From Octopus vulgaris (lineage: Eukaryota): a stretch of 64,000 nt of DNA. The stretch covers positions 8,122,001 to 8,186,000 of the forward strand of contig OX597820.1 of the NCBI GenBank assembly GCA_951406725.2. The letters run 5' to 3'. Under the pieces are notes generated by a model. It saw only the letters and a program-made list of their open reading frames with translations, searched no databases and was not told the origin of the DNA. Of the stretch, positions 30,201 to 44,200 are shown piece after piece. How positions within the stretch are numbered: the first letter of the stretch is position 1; every line of letters begins with the position of its first letter. The position numbers and the translations under genes were made by a program.

Positions 30201-32000
30201 GAGAGGGGGATTTGAAGGTGAAGGAGAGGAAGGGGAGGAAGGAATATTGAACATTCCAGAGAGGGGGATTTGAAGGTGAAGGGGAGGAAGGGATGGAAGG
30301 AATATTAAACATTCCAGAGAGGGGGATTTGAAGGTGAAGGGGAGGGAGGGCTGGAAGGAATATTAAACATTTCAGAGAGGGGGATTTGAAGGTGAAGGAG
30401 AGTAAGGTATGGAAGGAATATTGAACATTCCAGAGAGGGGGATTTGAAGGTGAAGGGGAGGAAGGAATGGAAGGAATATTGAACATTCCAGAGAGGGGGA
30501 TTTGAGGGTGAAGACGAGGAAGGGATGGAAGGAATATTGAACATTCCAGAGAGGGGGATTTGAAGGTGTAGGGGAGGAAGGGGAGGAAGGAATGGAAGGA
30601 ATATTAAACATTCCAGAGAGGGGGATTTGAAGGTGAAGGGGAGGAAGGGATGGAAGGAATATTAAACATTCCAGAGAGGGGGATTTGAAGGTGAATGGGA
30701 GGAAGGGATGGAAGGAATATTAAACATTCCAGAGAGGGGGATTTGAAGGTGAATGGGAGGAAGGGGAGGAAGGAATATTGAACATTCCAGAGAGGGGGAT
30801 TTGAAGGTGAAAGAGAGTAAGGGATGGAAGGAATATTAAACATTCCAGAGAGGGGGATTTGAAGGTGAAGAGGAGGAAGGAATGGAAGGAATATTAAACA
30901 TTCCAGAGAGGGGGATTTGAAGGTGAAGGGGAGGAAGGGATTGAAGGAATATTGAACATTCCAGAGGGGGATTTGAAGGTGAAGGGAGGAAGGGAAGGAA
31001 GGAATGGAAGGAATATTAAACATTCCAGAGAGGGGGATTTGAAGGTGAAGGGGAGGAAGGAATGGAAGGAATATTAAACATTCCAGAGAGGGGGATTTGA
31101 AGGTGAATGGGAGGAAGGGAATGGAAGGAATATTAAACATTCCAGAGAGGGGGATTTGAAGGTGAATGGGAGGAAGGGATGGAAGGAATATTGAACATTC
31201 CAGAGAGGGGGATTTGAAGGTGAAGGAGAGTAAGTGATGGAAGGAATATTAAACATTCCAGAGAGGGGGATTTGAAGGTGAAGGGGAGGAAGGAATGGAA
31301 GGAATATTAAACATTCCAGAGAGGGGGATTTGAAGGTGAAGGGGAGGAAGGGGTAGAAGGAATATTGAACATTCCAGAGAGGGGGATTTGAAGGGAGGGG
31401 AATGGAAGGAATATTAAACATTCCAGAGAGGGGGATTTGAAGGTGAAGGTGAGGAAGGGATGGAAGGAATATTAAAACATTCCAAGAGGGGGATTTGAAG
31501 GTGAATGGGAGGAAGGGATGGAAGGAATATTAAACATTCCAGAGAGGGGGATTTGAAGGTGAAGGGGAGGGAGGGATGGAAGGAATATTAAACATTCCAG
31601 AGAGGGGGATTTGAAGGTGAAATGGGGGAAGGGATGGAAGGAATATTAAACATTCCAGAGAGGGGGATTTGAAGGTGAAGGGGAGGAAGGGGTAGAAGGA
31701 ATATTAAACATTCCAGAGAGGGGGATTTGAAGGTGAAGGGGAGGAAGGAATGGAAGGAATATTAAACATTCCAGAGAGGGTGATTTGAAGGTGAATGGGA
31801 GGAAGGGATGGAAGGAATATTAAACATTCCAGAGAGGGGGATTTGAAGGTAATGGTGAGGAAGGGATGGAAGGAATATTGAACATTCCAGAGACGGGGAT
31901 TTTAAGGTGAAGGGGAGGATGGAATGGAAGGAATATTGAACATTCCAGAGAGGGGGATTTGAGGGTGAAGACGAGGAAGAGATGGAATGAATATTGAACA

Positions 32001-32105
32001 TTCAAATCCTACTCTCTGGAATGTTTAATATTCCTCGCATTCCTTCCTCCCTTTCATCTTCAAATTCCCCTCTCTGGAATGTTTAATATTCCTTCCTCCC
32101 CTTCC
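32001..32105 (-). repeat. 105-bp inverted satellite insert, copy 2
   Basis: Near-identical sequence and same junctions as 9185-9289. Confidence 0.97.
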
Positions 32106-33956
32106 AGGAGGGGGATTTGAAGGTGAAGGGGAGGAATGGGAGGAAGGAATAATAAACATTCCAGAGAGCGGGATTTGAAGGTGAAGGGGAGGAAGGGATG
32201 GAAGGAATATTAAACATTCCAGAGAGGGGGATTTGAAGGTTAAGGGGAGGAAGGGATGGAAGGAATATTAAACATTCCAGGGAGGGGGATTTGAAGGTGA
32301 AGGGGAGGAAGGGATCGAAGGGATATTAAACATTCCAGAGAGGGGGATTTGAAGTTGAAGGGGAGGGAGGGATGGAAGGAATATTAAACATTCCAGAGTG
32401 GGGGATTTGAAGATGAATGGGAGGAAGAGATGAAAGGAATATTAAACATTCCAGAGAGGGGGATTTGAAGGTGAATGGGAGGAAGGGATGGAAGGAATAT
32501 TAAACATTCCAGAGAGGGGGATTTGAAGGTGAAGGGGAGGGAGGGATGGAAGGAATATTAAACATTCCAGAGAGGGGGATTTGAAGGTGAAGGGGAGGGA
32601 GGGATGGAAGGAATATTAAACATTCCAGAGAGGGGGATTTGAAGGTGAAGGGGAGGAAGGGGAAGAAGGAATATTGTACATTCCAGAGAGGGGGATTTGA
32701 AGGTGAAGGGGAGGAAGGAATGGAAGGAATATTAAACATTCCAGAGAGGGGGATTTGAAGGTGAATGGGAGGAAGGGATTGAAGGAATATTAAACATTCC
32801 AGAGAGGGGGATTTGTAGGTGAAGGGGAGGAAGGGATGGAAGGAATATTAAACATTCCAGAGAGGGGGATTTGAAGGTGAAGGAGAGGAAGGGGAAGAAG
32901 GAATATTGAACATTCCAGAGAGGGGGATTTGAAGGTGAAGGGGAGGAAGGGATTGAAGGAATATTAAACATTCCAGAGAGGGGGATTTGAAGGTGAAGGG
33001 GAGGAAGGGATGGAAGGAATATTAAACATTCCAGAGAGGGGGATTTGAAGGTGAAGGAGAGTAAGGGATGGAATGAATATTAAACATTCCAGAGAGGGGG
33101 ATTTGAAGGTGAAGGGGAGGAAGGGATGGAAGGAATATTGAACATTCCAGGGAGGGGGATTTGAAGGTGAAGGGGAGGAAGGGATCGAAGGAATATTAAA
33201 CATTCCAGGGAGGGGGATTTGAAGGTGAAGGGGAGGAAGGGATCGACGGAATATTAAACATTCCAGAGAGGGGGATTTGAAGGTGAAGGGGAGGAAGGAA
33301 TGGAAGGAATATTAAACATTCCAGAGAGGGGGATATGAAGGTGAAGGTGAGGAAGTGATGGAAGGAATATTAAACATTCCAGAGAGGGGGATTTGAAGGT
33401 GAATGGGAGGAAGGGATGGAAGGAATATTAAACATTCCAGAGAGGGGGATTTGAAGGTGAAGGTGAGGAAGGGATGGAAGGAATATTGAACATTCCAGAG
33501 AGGGGGATTTGAAGGTGAAGGGGAGGAAGGAATGGAAGGAATATTGAACATTCCAGAGAGGGGGATTTGAGGGTGAAGACGAGGAAGGGATGGAAGGAAT
33601 ATTAAACATTCCAGACAGGGGGATTTGAAGGTGAAGGGGAGGAAGGGGTAGAAGGAATATTGAACATTCCAGAGAGGGGGATTTGAAGGTGAAGGGGAGG
33701 AAGGAATGAAAGGAATATTAAACATTCGAAAGAGGGAGATTTGAAGGTGAATGGGAGGAAGGGATGGAAGGAATATTAAACATTCCAGAGAGGGGGATTT
33801 GAAGGTGAAGGTGAGGAAGGGATGGAAGGAATATTGAACATTCCAGAGACGGGGATTTGAAGGTGAAGGGGAGGAAGGAATGGAAGGAATATTGAACATT
33901 CCAGAGAGGGGGATTTGAGGGTGAAGACGAGGAAGGGATGGAAGGAATATTGAACA

Positions 33957-34061
33957 TTCAAATCCTACTCTCTATAATGTTTAATATTCCTTCCATTCCT
34001 TCCTCCCTTTCATCTTCAAATTCCCCTCTCTGGAATGTTTAATATTCCTTCCTCCCCTTCC
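33957..34061 (-). repeat. 105-bp inverted satellite insert, copy 3
   Basis: Near-identical sequence and same junctions as 9185-9289. Confidence 0.97.
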
Positions 34062-35159
34062 AGGGAGGGGATTTGAAGGTGAAGGGGAGGAAAGGGAGGA
34101 AGGAATAATAAACATTCCAGAGAGCGGGATTTGAAGGTGAAGGGGAGGAAGAGGAGGAAAGTATATTAAACATTCCAGAGAGGGGGATTTGAAGGTGAAG
34201 GGGAGGAAGGGATGGAAGGAATATTAAACATTCCAGGGAGGGGGATTTGAAGGTGAAGGGGAGGAAGGGATCGGAGGGATATTAAACATTCCAGAGAGGG
34301 GGATTTGAAGGTGAAGGGGAGGGAGGGATGGAAGGAATATTAAACATTCCAGAGTGGGGGATTTGAAGGTGAATGGGAGGAAGGGATGGAAGGAATATTA
34401 AACATTCCTGAGAGGGGGATTTGAAGGTGAAGGGGAGGAAGGGATGGAAGGAATATTAAACATTCCAGAGAGGGGGATTTGAAGGTGAAGGGGAGGGAGG
34501 GATGGAAGGAATATTAAACATTCCAGAGAGGGGGATTTGAAGGTGAAGGGGAGGGAGGGATGGAAGGAATATTAAACATTCCAGAGAGGGGGATTTGAAG
34601 GTGAAAGGGAGGAAGGAATGGAAGGAATATTAAACATTCGAAAGAGGGGGATTTGAAGGTGAAGGGGAGGAAGGAATGGAAGGAATATTAAACATTCGAA
34701 AGAGGGGGATTTGAAGGTGAATGGGAGGAAGTGATGGAAGGAATATTAAACATTCCAGAGAGGGGGATTTGAAGGTGAAGGGGAGGAAGGGATGGAAGGA
34801 ATATTAAACATTCCAGAGAGGGGGATTTGAAGGTGAAGGGGAGGAAGGGGTAGAAGGAATATTGAACATTCCAGAGAGGGGGATTTGAAGGTGAAGGGGA
34901 GGAAGGAATGGAAGGAATATTAAACATTCCAAAGAGGGGGATTTGAAGGTGGATGGGAGGAAGGGATGGAAGGAATATTAAACATTCCAGAGAGGGGGAT
35001 TTGAAGGTGAAGGTGAGGAAGGGATGGAAGGAATATTGAACATTCCAGAGAGGGGGATTTGAAGGTGAAGGGGAGGAAAGGGGAGGGAAGGAATGGAAGG
35101 AATATTGAGAGTCCATTTTGAGGGTGAAGACGAGGAAGGGATGGAAGGAATATTGAACA

Positions 35160-35264
35160 TTCAAATCCTACTCTCTAGAATGTTTAATACTCCTTCCATT
35201 CCTTCCTCCCTTTCATCTTCAAATTCCCCTCTCTGGAATGTTTAATATTCCTTCCTCCCCTTCC
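35160..35264 (-). repeat. 105-bp inverted satellite insert, copy 4
   Basis: Same junctions; shares the private variants CTCTCTAGAA and TAATACTCC with copy 1. Confidence 0.97.
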
Positions 35265-38200
35265 AGGGAAGGGTATTTGAAGGTGAAGGGGAGGAAGAGG
35301 AGGAAAGAATATTAAACATTCCAGAGAGGGGGATTTGAAGGTGAAGGGGAGGAAGGGATGGAAGGAATATTAAACATTCCAGAGAGGGGGATTTGAAGGT
35401 GAAGGGGAGGAAGGGATCGAAGGGATATTAAACATTCCAGAGAGGGGGATTTGAAGGTGAAGGGGAGGGAGGGATGGAAGGAATATTAAACATTCCAGAG
35501 TGGGGGATTTGAAAGTGAATGTGAGGAAGGGATGAAAGGAATATTAAACATTCCAGAGAGGGGGATTTGAAGGTGAATGGGAGGAAGGGATGGAAGGAAT
35601 ATTAAACATTCCAGAGAGGGGGATTTGAAGGTGAAGGGGAGGGAGGGATGGAAGGAATATTAAACATTCCAGAGAGGGGGATTTGAAGGTGAGGGGGAGG
35701 GAGGGATGGAAGGAATATTAAACATTCCAGAATGGGGGATTGAAGGTGAAGGGGAGGAAGGGGAAGAAGGGATATTGTACATTCCAGAGAGGGGGATTTC
35801 GAGGTGAATGGGAGGAAGGGATGGAAGGAATATTAAACATTCCAGAGAGGGGGATTTAAAGGTGAATGGGAGGAAGGGATGGAAGGAATATTAAACATTC
35901 CAGAGAGGGGGATATGAAGGGGAAGGGGAGGAGGGATGGAAGGAATATTAAACATTCCAAATAGGGGGATTTGAAGGTGGAGGAGAGGAAGGGATGGAAG
36001 GAATATTACACATTCCAGTGAGGGGGATTTGAAGGTGAATGGGAGGAAGGGATGGAAGGAATATTAAACATTCCAGAGAGAGGGATTTGAAGGTGAAGGG
36101 GCGGAAGGGATAGAAAGAATATTAAACATTCCAGAGAGGGGGATTTGAAGGTGAAGGGGAGGAAGGGGAAGAAGGAATATTGAACATTCCAGAGAGGGGG
36201 ATTTGAAGGTGAAGGGGAGGAAGGAATGGAAGGAATATTAAACATTCCAGAGAGGGGGATTTGATGGTGAAGGGGAGGAAGGGATGGAAGGAATAATATT
36301 AAACATTCCAGAGAGGGGGATTTGAAGGTGAAGGAGAGTAAGGGATGGAAGGAATATTAAACATTCCAGAGAGGGGGATTTGAAGGTGAAGGAGAGTAAG
36401 GGATGGAAGGAATATTAAACATTCCAGAGAGGGGGATTTGAAGGTGAAGGGGAGGAAGGGGTAGAAGGAATATTAAACATTCCAGAGAGGGGAATTTGAA
36501 GGTGAATGGGAGGAAGGGATGGAAGGAATATTAAACATTCCAGAGAGGGGGATTTGAAGGTGAAGGGGAGGGAGGGATGGAAGGAATATTAAACATTCCA
36601 GAGAGGGGGATTTGAAGGTGAAGGGGAGGGAGGGATGGAAGGAATATTAAACATTCCAGAGAGGGGGATTTGAAGGTGAAGGGGAGGAAGGGGTAGAAGG
36701 AATATTGAACATTCCAGAGAGGGGGATTTGAAGGTGAAGGGGAGGAAGGAATGGAAGGAATATTCAACATTCCAGAGAGGGGGATTTGAAGGTGAATTGG
36801 AGGAAGGGGTGGAAGTAATGTTAAACATTCCAGAAAGGGGTATTTGAAGGTGAAGGGGAGGAAGGGGAGGAAGAAGAGGATGGAATTGTGAACATTCCAG
36901 AGAGGGGGATTTGATGTTGAAGTGGAGGAAGTGGAGGAAGGTATATTGAACATTCCAGAAAGGGGGATTTGAAGGTGATAGAGAGTAAGGGATGGAAGGA
37001 ATATTGCACATTCCAGAGAGGCGGATTTGAAGGTGAAGGAGAGGAAGGGGAGGAAGGAATATTAAACATTCCAGAGAGGGGGATTTGAAAGCGAAGTGAG
37101 GAAGGGATGGAAGGAATATTGAACATTCCAGAATGGGGGATTTGAAGGTGAAGGAGGAGGAAGGGAGGAAGGAATATTAAACATTCCTCAGAGGGGGATT
37201 TGAAGGTGAAGGGAAGGAAGGGGAGGAAGGTATATTAAACATTCCAGAGAGGGGGATTTCAAGGTGAAGGTTAGGAAGGGGAGGAAGGAATATTAAACAT
37301 TCCAGAGAGGGGAATTTGAAGATGAAAGGGAGGAAGGAATTGAAGGAATATTAAACATTCCAGAGAGTAGGATTTGAAGGTGAAGGAGAGTAAGGGATGG
37401 AAGGAATATTGAACATTCCAGAGAGGGGGATCTGAAGGTGAAGGAGAGGAAGGGGAGGAAGGAATATTAAACATTCCAGAGAGGGGGATTTGAAGGTGAA
37501 TGGGAGGAAGGGGAGGAACGAATATTGAACATTCCAGAGAGGGGATTTGAAGGTGAAGGGGAGGAAGGGGAGGAAGGAATATTAACATTCCAGAAAAGGG
37601 TATTTGAAGGTGAAGGGGAGGAAGGGGAGGAAGGAATATTGAACATTCCAGAGAGGGGGATTTGAAGGTGAAGGAGAGGAAGGGGAGGAAGGAATATTGA
37701 ACATTCCAGAAAGGGAGATTTGAAGGTGAAGGTGGGGAAGGGGAGGAAGGAATATTGAACATTCCAGAGAGGGGGATTTGAAGGTGAAGGGGAGGGAGGG
37801 ATGGAAGGAATATTAAACATTCCAGAGAGGGGGATTTGAAGGTGAAGGAGAGTAAGGGATGGAAGGAATATTAAACATTCCAGAGAGGGGGATTTGAAGG
37901 TGAAGGGGAGGAACGGGTAGAAGGAATATTAAACATTCCAGAGAGGGGAATTTGAAGGTGAATGGGAGGAAGGGATGGAAGGAATATTAAACATTCCAGA
38001 GAGGGGGATTTGAAGGTGAAGGGGAGGGAGGGATGGAAGGAATATTAAACATTCCAGAGAGGGGGATTTGAAGGTGAAGGGGAGGGAGGGATGGAAGGAA
38101 TATTAAACATTCCAGAGAGGGGGATTTGAAGGTGAAGGGGAGGAAGGGGTAGAAGGAATATTGAACATTCCAGAGAGGGGGATTTGAAGGTGAAGGGGAG

Positions 38201-41200
38201 GAAGGAATGGAAGGAATATTAAACATTCCAGAGAGGGGTATTTGAAGGTGAATTGGAGGAAGGGGTGGAAGTAATGTTAAACATTCCAGAAAGGGTTATT
38301 TGAAGGTGAAGGGGAGGAAGGGGAGGAAGAAGAGGATGGAATTTTGAACATTCCAGAGAGGGGGATTTGATGTTGAAGTGGAGGAAGTGGAGGAAGGTAT
38401 ATTGAACATTCCAGAAAGGGGGATTTGAAGGTGATAGAGAGTAAGGGATGGAAGGAATATTGCACATTCCAGAGAGGCGGATTTGAAGGTGAAGGAGAGG
38501 AAGGGAGGAAGGAATATTAAACATTCCAGAGAGGGGGATTTGAAAGTGAAGTGAGGAAGGGATGGAAGGAATATTGAACATTCCAGAATGGGGGATTTGA
38601 AGGTGAAGGAGAGGAAGGGGAGGAAGGAATATTAAACATTCCTCAGAGGGGGATTTGAAGGTGAAGGGAAGGAAGGGGAGGAAGGTATATTAAACATTCC
38701 AGAGAGGGGGATTTCAAGGTGAAGGTTAGGAAGGGGAGGAAGGAATATTAAACATTCCAGAGAGGGGAATTTGAAGATGAAAGGGAGGAAGGAATGGAAG
38801 GAATATTAAACATTCCAGAGAGTAGGATTTGAAGGTGAAGGAGAGTAAGGGATGGAAGGAATATTGAACATTCCAGAGAGGGGGATCTGAAGGTGAAGGA
38901 GAGGAAGGGGAGGAAGGAATATTAAACATTCCAGAGAGGGGGATTTGAAGGTGAATGGGAGGAAGGGGAGGAACGAATATTGAACATTCCAGAGAGGGGG
39001 ATTTTAAGGTGAAGGGGAGGAAGGGGAGGAAGGAATATTAACCATTCCAGAAAAGGGTATTTGAAGGTGAAGGGGAGGAAGGGGAGGAAGGAATATTGAA
39101 CATTCCAGAGAGGGGGATTTGAAGGTGAAGGAGAGGAAGGGGAGGAAGGAATATTGAACATTCCAGAAAGGGAGATTTGTAGGTGAAGGTGGGAAGGGGA
39201 GGAAGGAATATTGAACATTCCAGAGAGGGGGATTTGAAGGTGAAGGGGAGGGAGGGATGGAAGGAATATTAAACATTCCAGAGAGGGGGATTTGAAGGTG
39301 AAATGGAGGAAGGGGTAGAAGGAATATTGAACATTCCAGAGAGGGGGATTTGAAGGTGAATGGGAGGAAGTGATGGAAGGAATATTAAACATTCCAGAGA
39401 GTGGGATTTGAAGGTGAATGGAAGGAAGGGATGGAAGGAATATTAAACATTCCAGAGAAGGGGATTTGAAGGTGAAGGAGAGGAAGGGGAGAAAGGAATA
39501 TTGAACATTCCAGAGAGGGGGATTTGAAGGTGAAGGGGAGGAAGGGATGGAAGGAATATTAAACATTCCAGAGAGGGGGATTTGAAGGTGAAGGAGAGTA
39601 AGGGATAGAAGGAATATTAAACATTCCAGAGAGGGGGATTTGAAGGTGAAGAGGAGGAAGGGATGGAAGGAATATTAAACATTCCAGAGAGGGGGATTTG
39701 AAGGTGAAGGAGAGTAAGTGATGGAAGGAATATTAAACATTCCAGTGAGGGGGATTTGAAGGTGAATAGGAGGAAGGGATGGAAGGAATATTAAACATTC
39801 CAGAGAGGGGGATTTGAAGGTGAAGGGTAGGAAGGGATGGAAGGAATATTAAACATTCCAGAGAGGGGGATTTGAAGGTGAAGGAGAGTAAGGGATGGAA
39901 GGAATATTAAACATTCCAGAGAGGGGGATTTGAAGGTGAAGGGGAGTAAGGGATGGAAGGAATATTAAACATTCCAGAGAGGGGGATTTGAAGGTGAATG
40001 GGAGGAAGGGGAGGAAGGCATATTGAACATTCCAGAGAGGGGAATTTGAAGATGAAAGGGAGGAAGGAATGGAAGGAATATTAAACATTCCAGAGAGGGG
40101 GATTTGAAGGTGAAGGGGAGGAAGGGGAGGAAGGAATATTAAACATTCCAGAGAGGGGGATTTGAAGGTGAATGGGAGGAAGGGATGGAAGGAATATTAA
40201 ACATTCCAGAGAGGGGGATTTAAAGGTGAATGGGAGGAAGGGATGGAAGGAATATTAAACATTCCAGAGAGGGGGATTTGAAGGGGAAGGGGAGGAGGGA
40301 TGGAAGGAATATTAAACATTCCAAAGAGGGGGATTTGAAGGTGAAGGAGAGGAAGGGATGGAAGGAATATTAAACATTCCAGTGAGGGGGATTTGAAGGT
40401 GAATGGGAGGAAGGGATGGAAGGAATATTAAACATTCCAGAGAGGGGGATTTGAAGGTGAAGGGGAGGAAGGGATGGAAGGAATATTAAACATTCCAGAG
40501 AGGGGGATTTGAAGGTGAAGGAGAGGAAGGGGAAGAAGGAATATTGAACATTCCAGAGAGGGGGATTTGAAGGTGAAGGGGAGGAAGGGATGGAAGGAAT
40601 ATTAAACATTCCAGAGAGGGGGATTTGAAGGTGAAGGGGAGGAAGTGATGGAAGGAATATAAAACATTCCAGAGAGGGGGATTTGAAGGTGAAGGAGAGT
40701 GAGGGATGGAAGGAATATTAAACATTCCAGAGAGGGGGATTTGAAGGTGAAGGGGAGGAAGGGATTGAAGGAATATTAAACATTCCAGAGAGGGGGATTT
40801 GAAGGTGAATGGGAGGAAGGGGAGGAAGGAATATTGAACATTCCAGAGAGGGGAATTTGAAGATGAAAGGGAGGAAGGAATGGAAGGAATATTAAACATT
40901 CCAGAGAGGGGGATATGAAGGTGAATGGGAGGAAGGGATGGAAGGAATATTAAACATTCCAGAGAGGGGGATTTGAAGGTGAAGGGGCGGAAGGGATGGA
41001 AGGAATATTAAACATTCCAGAGAGGGGGATTTGAAGGTGAAGTGGAGGGAGGGATGGAAGGAATATTAAACATTCCAGAGAGGGGGATTTGAAGACGACT
41101 GGGAGGGAGGGATGGAAGGAATATTAAACATTCCAGAGAGGGGGATTTGAAGGTGAAGGGGAGGAAGGGGTAGAAGGAATATTGATCATTCCAGAGTGGG

Positions 41201-44200
41201 GGATTTGAAGGTGAAGGGGGGGAAGGAATGGAAGGAATATTAAACATTCCAGAGAGGGGGATTTGAAGGTGAATGGGTGGAAGGGGTGGAAGTAATGTTA
41301 AACATTCCAGAAAGGGTATTTGAAGGTGAAGGGGAGGAAGGGAAGGAAGGGGAGGATGGAATTTCGAACATTCCAGAGAGGGGGATTTGAAGTTGAAGTG
41401 GAGGAAGGGGAGGAAGGTATATTGAACATTCCAGAAAGGGGGATTTGAAGGTGAAGGGGAGGGAGGGATGGAAGGAATATTGCACATTCCAGAGAGACGG
41501 ATTTGAAGGTGAAGGAGAGGAAGGGGAGGAAGGAATATTAAACATTCCAGAGAGGGGGATTTGAAAGCGAAGTGAGGAAGGGATGGAAGGAATATTGAAC
41601 ATTCCAGAAAGGGGGATTTGAAGGTGAAGGAGAGGAAGGGGAGGAAGGAATATTAAACATTCCTGAGAGGGTGATTTGAAGGTGAAGGGAAGGAAGGGGA
41701 GGAAGGAATATTAAACATTCCAGAGAGGGGGATTTCAAGGTGAAGGTTAGGAAGGGGAGGAAGGAATATTAAACATTCCAGAGAGCGGAATTTGAAGATG
41801 AAAGGGAGGAAGGAATGGAAGGAATATTAAACATTCCAGAGAGTAGGATTTGAAGGTGAAGGATAGTAAGGGATGGAAGGAATATTGAACATTCCAGAGA
41901 GGGGGATTTGAAGGTGAAGGAGAGGAAGGGGAGGAAGGAATATTAAACATTCCAGAGAGGGGAATTTGAAGGTTAATGGGAGGAAGGGGAGGAACGAATA
42001 TTGAACATTCCAGAGAGGGGGATTTAAAGGTGAAGGGGAGGAAGGGGAGGAAGGAATATTAAACATTCCAGAAAAGGGGATTTGAAGGTGAAGGGGAGGA
42101 AGGGGAGGAAGGAATATTGAACATTCCAGAGAGGGGGATTTGACGGTGAAGGAGAGGAAGGGGAGGAAGGAATATTGAACATTCCAGAAAGGGGGGTTTG
42201 AAGGTGAAGGTGGGAAGGGGAGGAAGGAATATTGAACATTCCAGAAAGGGGGATTTGAAGGTGTAGCGGAGGGAGGGATGGAAGGAATATTAAACATTCC
42301 AGAGAGGGGGATTTGAAGGTGAAATGGAGGAAGGGGTAGAAGGAATATTGAACATTCCAGAGAGGGGGATTTGAAGGTGAATGGGAGGAAGTGATGGAAG
42401 GAATATTAAACATTCCAGAGAGGGGGATTTGAAGGTGAAGGGGAGGAAGGGATGGAAGGAATATTAAACATTCCAGAGAAGGGGATTTGAAGGTGAAGGA
42501 GAGGAAGGGGAGAAAGGAATATTGAACATTCCAGAGAGGGGATTTGAAGGTGAAGGGGAGGAAGGGATGGAAGGAATATTAAACATTCCAGAGAGGGGGA
42601 TTTGAAGGTGAAGGAGAGTAAGGGATAGAAGGAATATTAAACATTCCAGAGAGGGGGATTTGAATGTGAAGGGGAGGAAGGGATGGAAGGAATATTAAAC
42701 ATTCCAGTGAGGGGGATTTGAAGGTGAATGGGAGGAAGGGATGGAAGGAATATTAAACATTCCAGAGAGGGGGATTTGATGGTGAATAGGAGGAAGGGAT
42801 GGAAGGAATATTAAACATTCCAGAGAGGGGGATTTGAAGGTGAGGAGAGTAAGTGATGGAAGGAATATTAAACATTCCAGTGAGGGGGATTTGAAGGTGA
42901 ATGGGAGGAAGGGATGGAAGGAATATTAAACATTCCAGAGAGGGGGATTTGAAGGTGAAGGGTAGGAAGGGATGGAAGGAATATTAAACATTCCAGAGAG
43001 TGGGATTTGAAGGTGAAGGGAAGGAAGGGATTGAAGGAATATTAAACATTCCAGAGAAGGGGATTTGAAGGTGAAGGAGAGGAAGGGAGAAAGGAATATT
43101 GAACATTCCAGAGAGGGGATTTGAAGGTGAAGGGGAGGAAGGGATGGAAGGAATATTAAACATTCCAGAGAGGGGATTTGAAGGTGAAGGAGAGTAAGGC
43201 ATAGAAGGAATATTAAACATTCCAGAGAGGCGGATTTGAATGTGAAGGGGAGGAAGGGATGGAAGGAATATTAAACATTCCAGTGAGGGGGATTTGAAGG
43301 TGAATGGGAGGAAGGGATGGAAGGAATATTAAACATTCCAGAGAGGGGGATTTGATGGTGAATGGGAGGAAGGGATGGAAGGAATATTAAACATTCCAGA
43401 GAGGGGGATTTGAAGGTGAAGGGGAGGAGGGATGGAAGGAATATTAAACATTCCAGTGAGGGGGATTTGAAGGTGAATGGGAGGAAGGGATGGAAGGAAT
43501 ATTAAACATTCCAGAGAGGGGGATTTGAAGGTGAAGGGTAGGAAGGGATGGAAGGAATATTAAACATTCCAGAGAGGGGGATTTGAAGGTGAATGGGTAG
43601 AAGGGGAGGAAGGAATATTGAACATTCCAGAGAGGGGAATTTGAAGATGAAAGGGAGGAAGGAATGGAAGGAATATTAAACATTCCAGAGAGGGGGATTT
43701 GAAGGTGAATGGGAGGAAGGGAAGGAAGGAATATTGAACATTCCAGAGAGGGGAATTTGAAGATGAAAGGGAGGAAGGGATGGAAGGAATATTAAACATT
43801 CCAGAGAGGGGGATTTAAAGGTGAATGGGAGGAAGGGATGGAAGGAATATTAAACATTCCAGAGAAGGGGATATGAAGGTGAAGGAGAGGAAGGGATGGA
43901 AGGAATATTGAACATTCCAGAGAGGGGGATTTGAAGGTGAAGGGGAGGAAGGTATGGAAGGAATATTAAACATTCCAGAGAGGGGGATTTGAAGGTGCAG
44001 GGGAGGAGGGATGGAAGGAATATTAAACATTCCAGAGAGGGGGATTTGAAGGTGAAGGAGAGTAAGGGATGGAAGGAATATTAAACATTCCAGAGAGGGG
44101 GATTTGAAGGTGAAGGAGAGGAAGGGATGGAAGGAATATTAAACATTCCAGAGAGGGGGATTTGAAGGTGAATGGGAGGAAGGGATGGAAGGAATATTAA

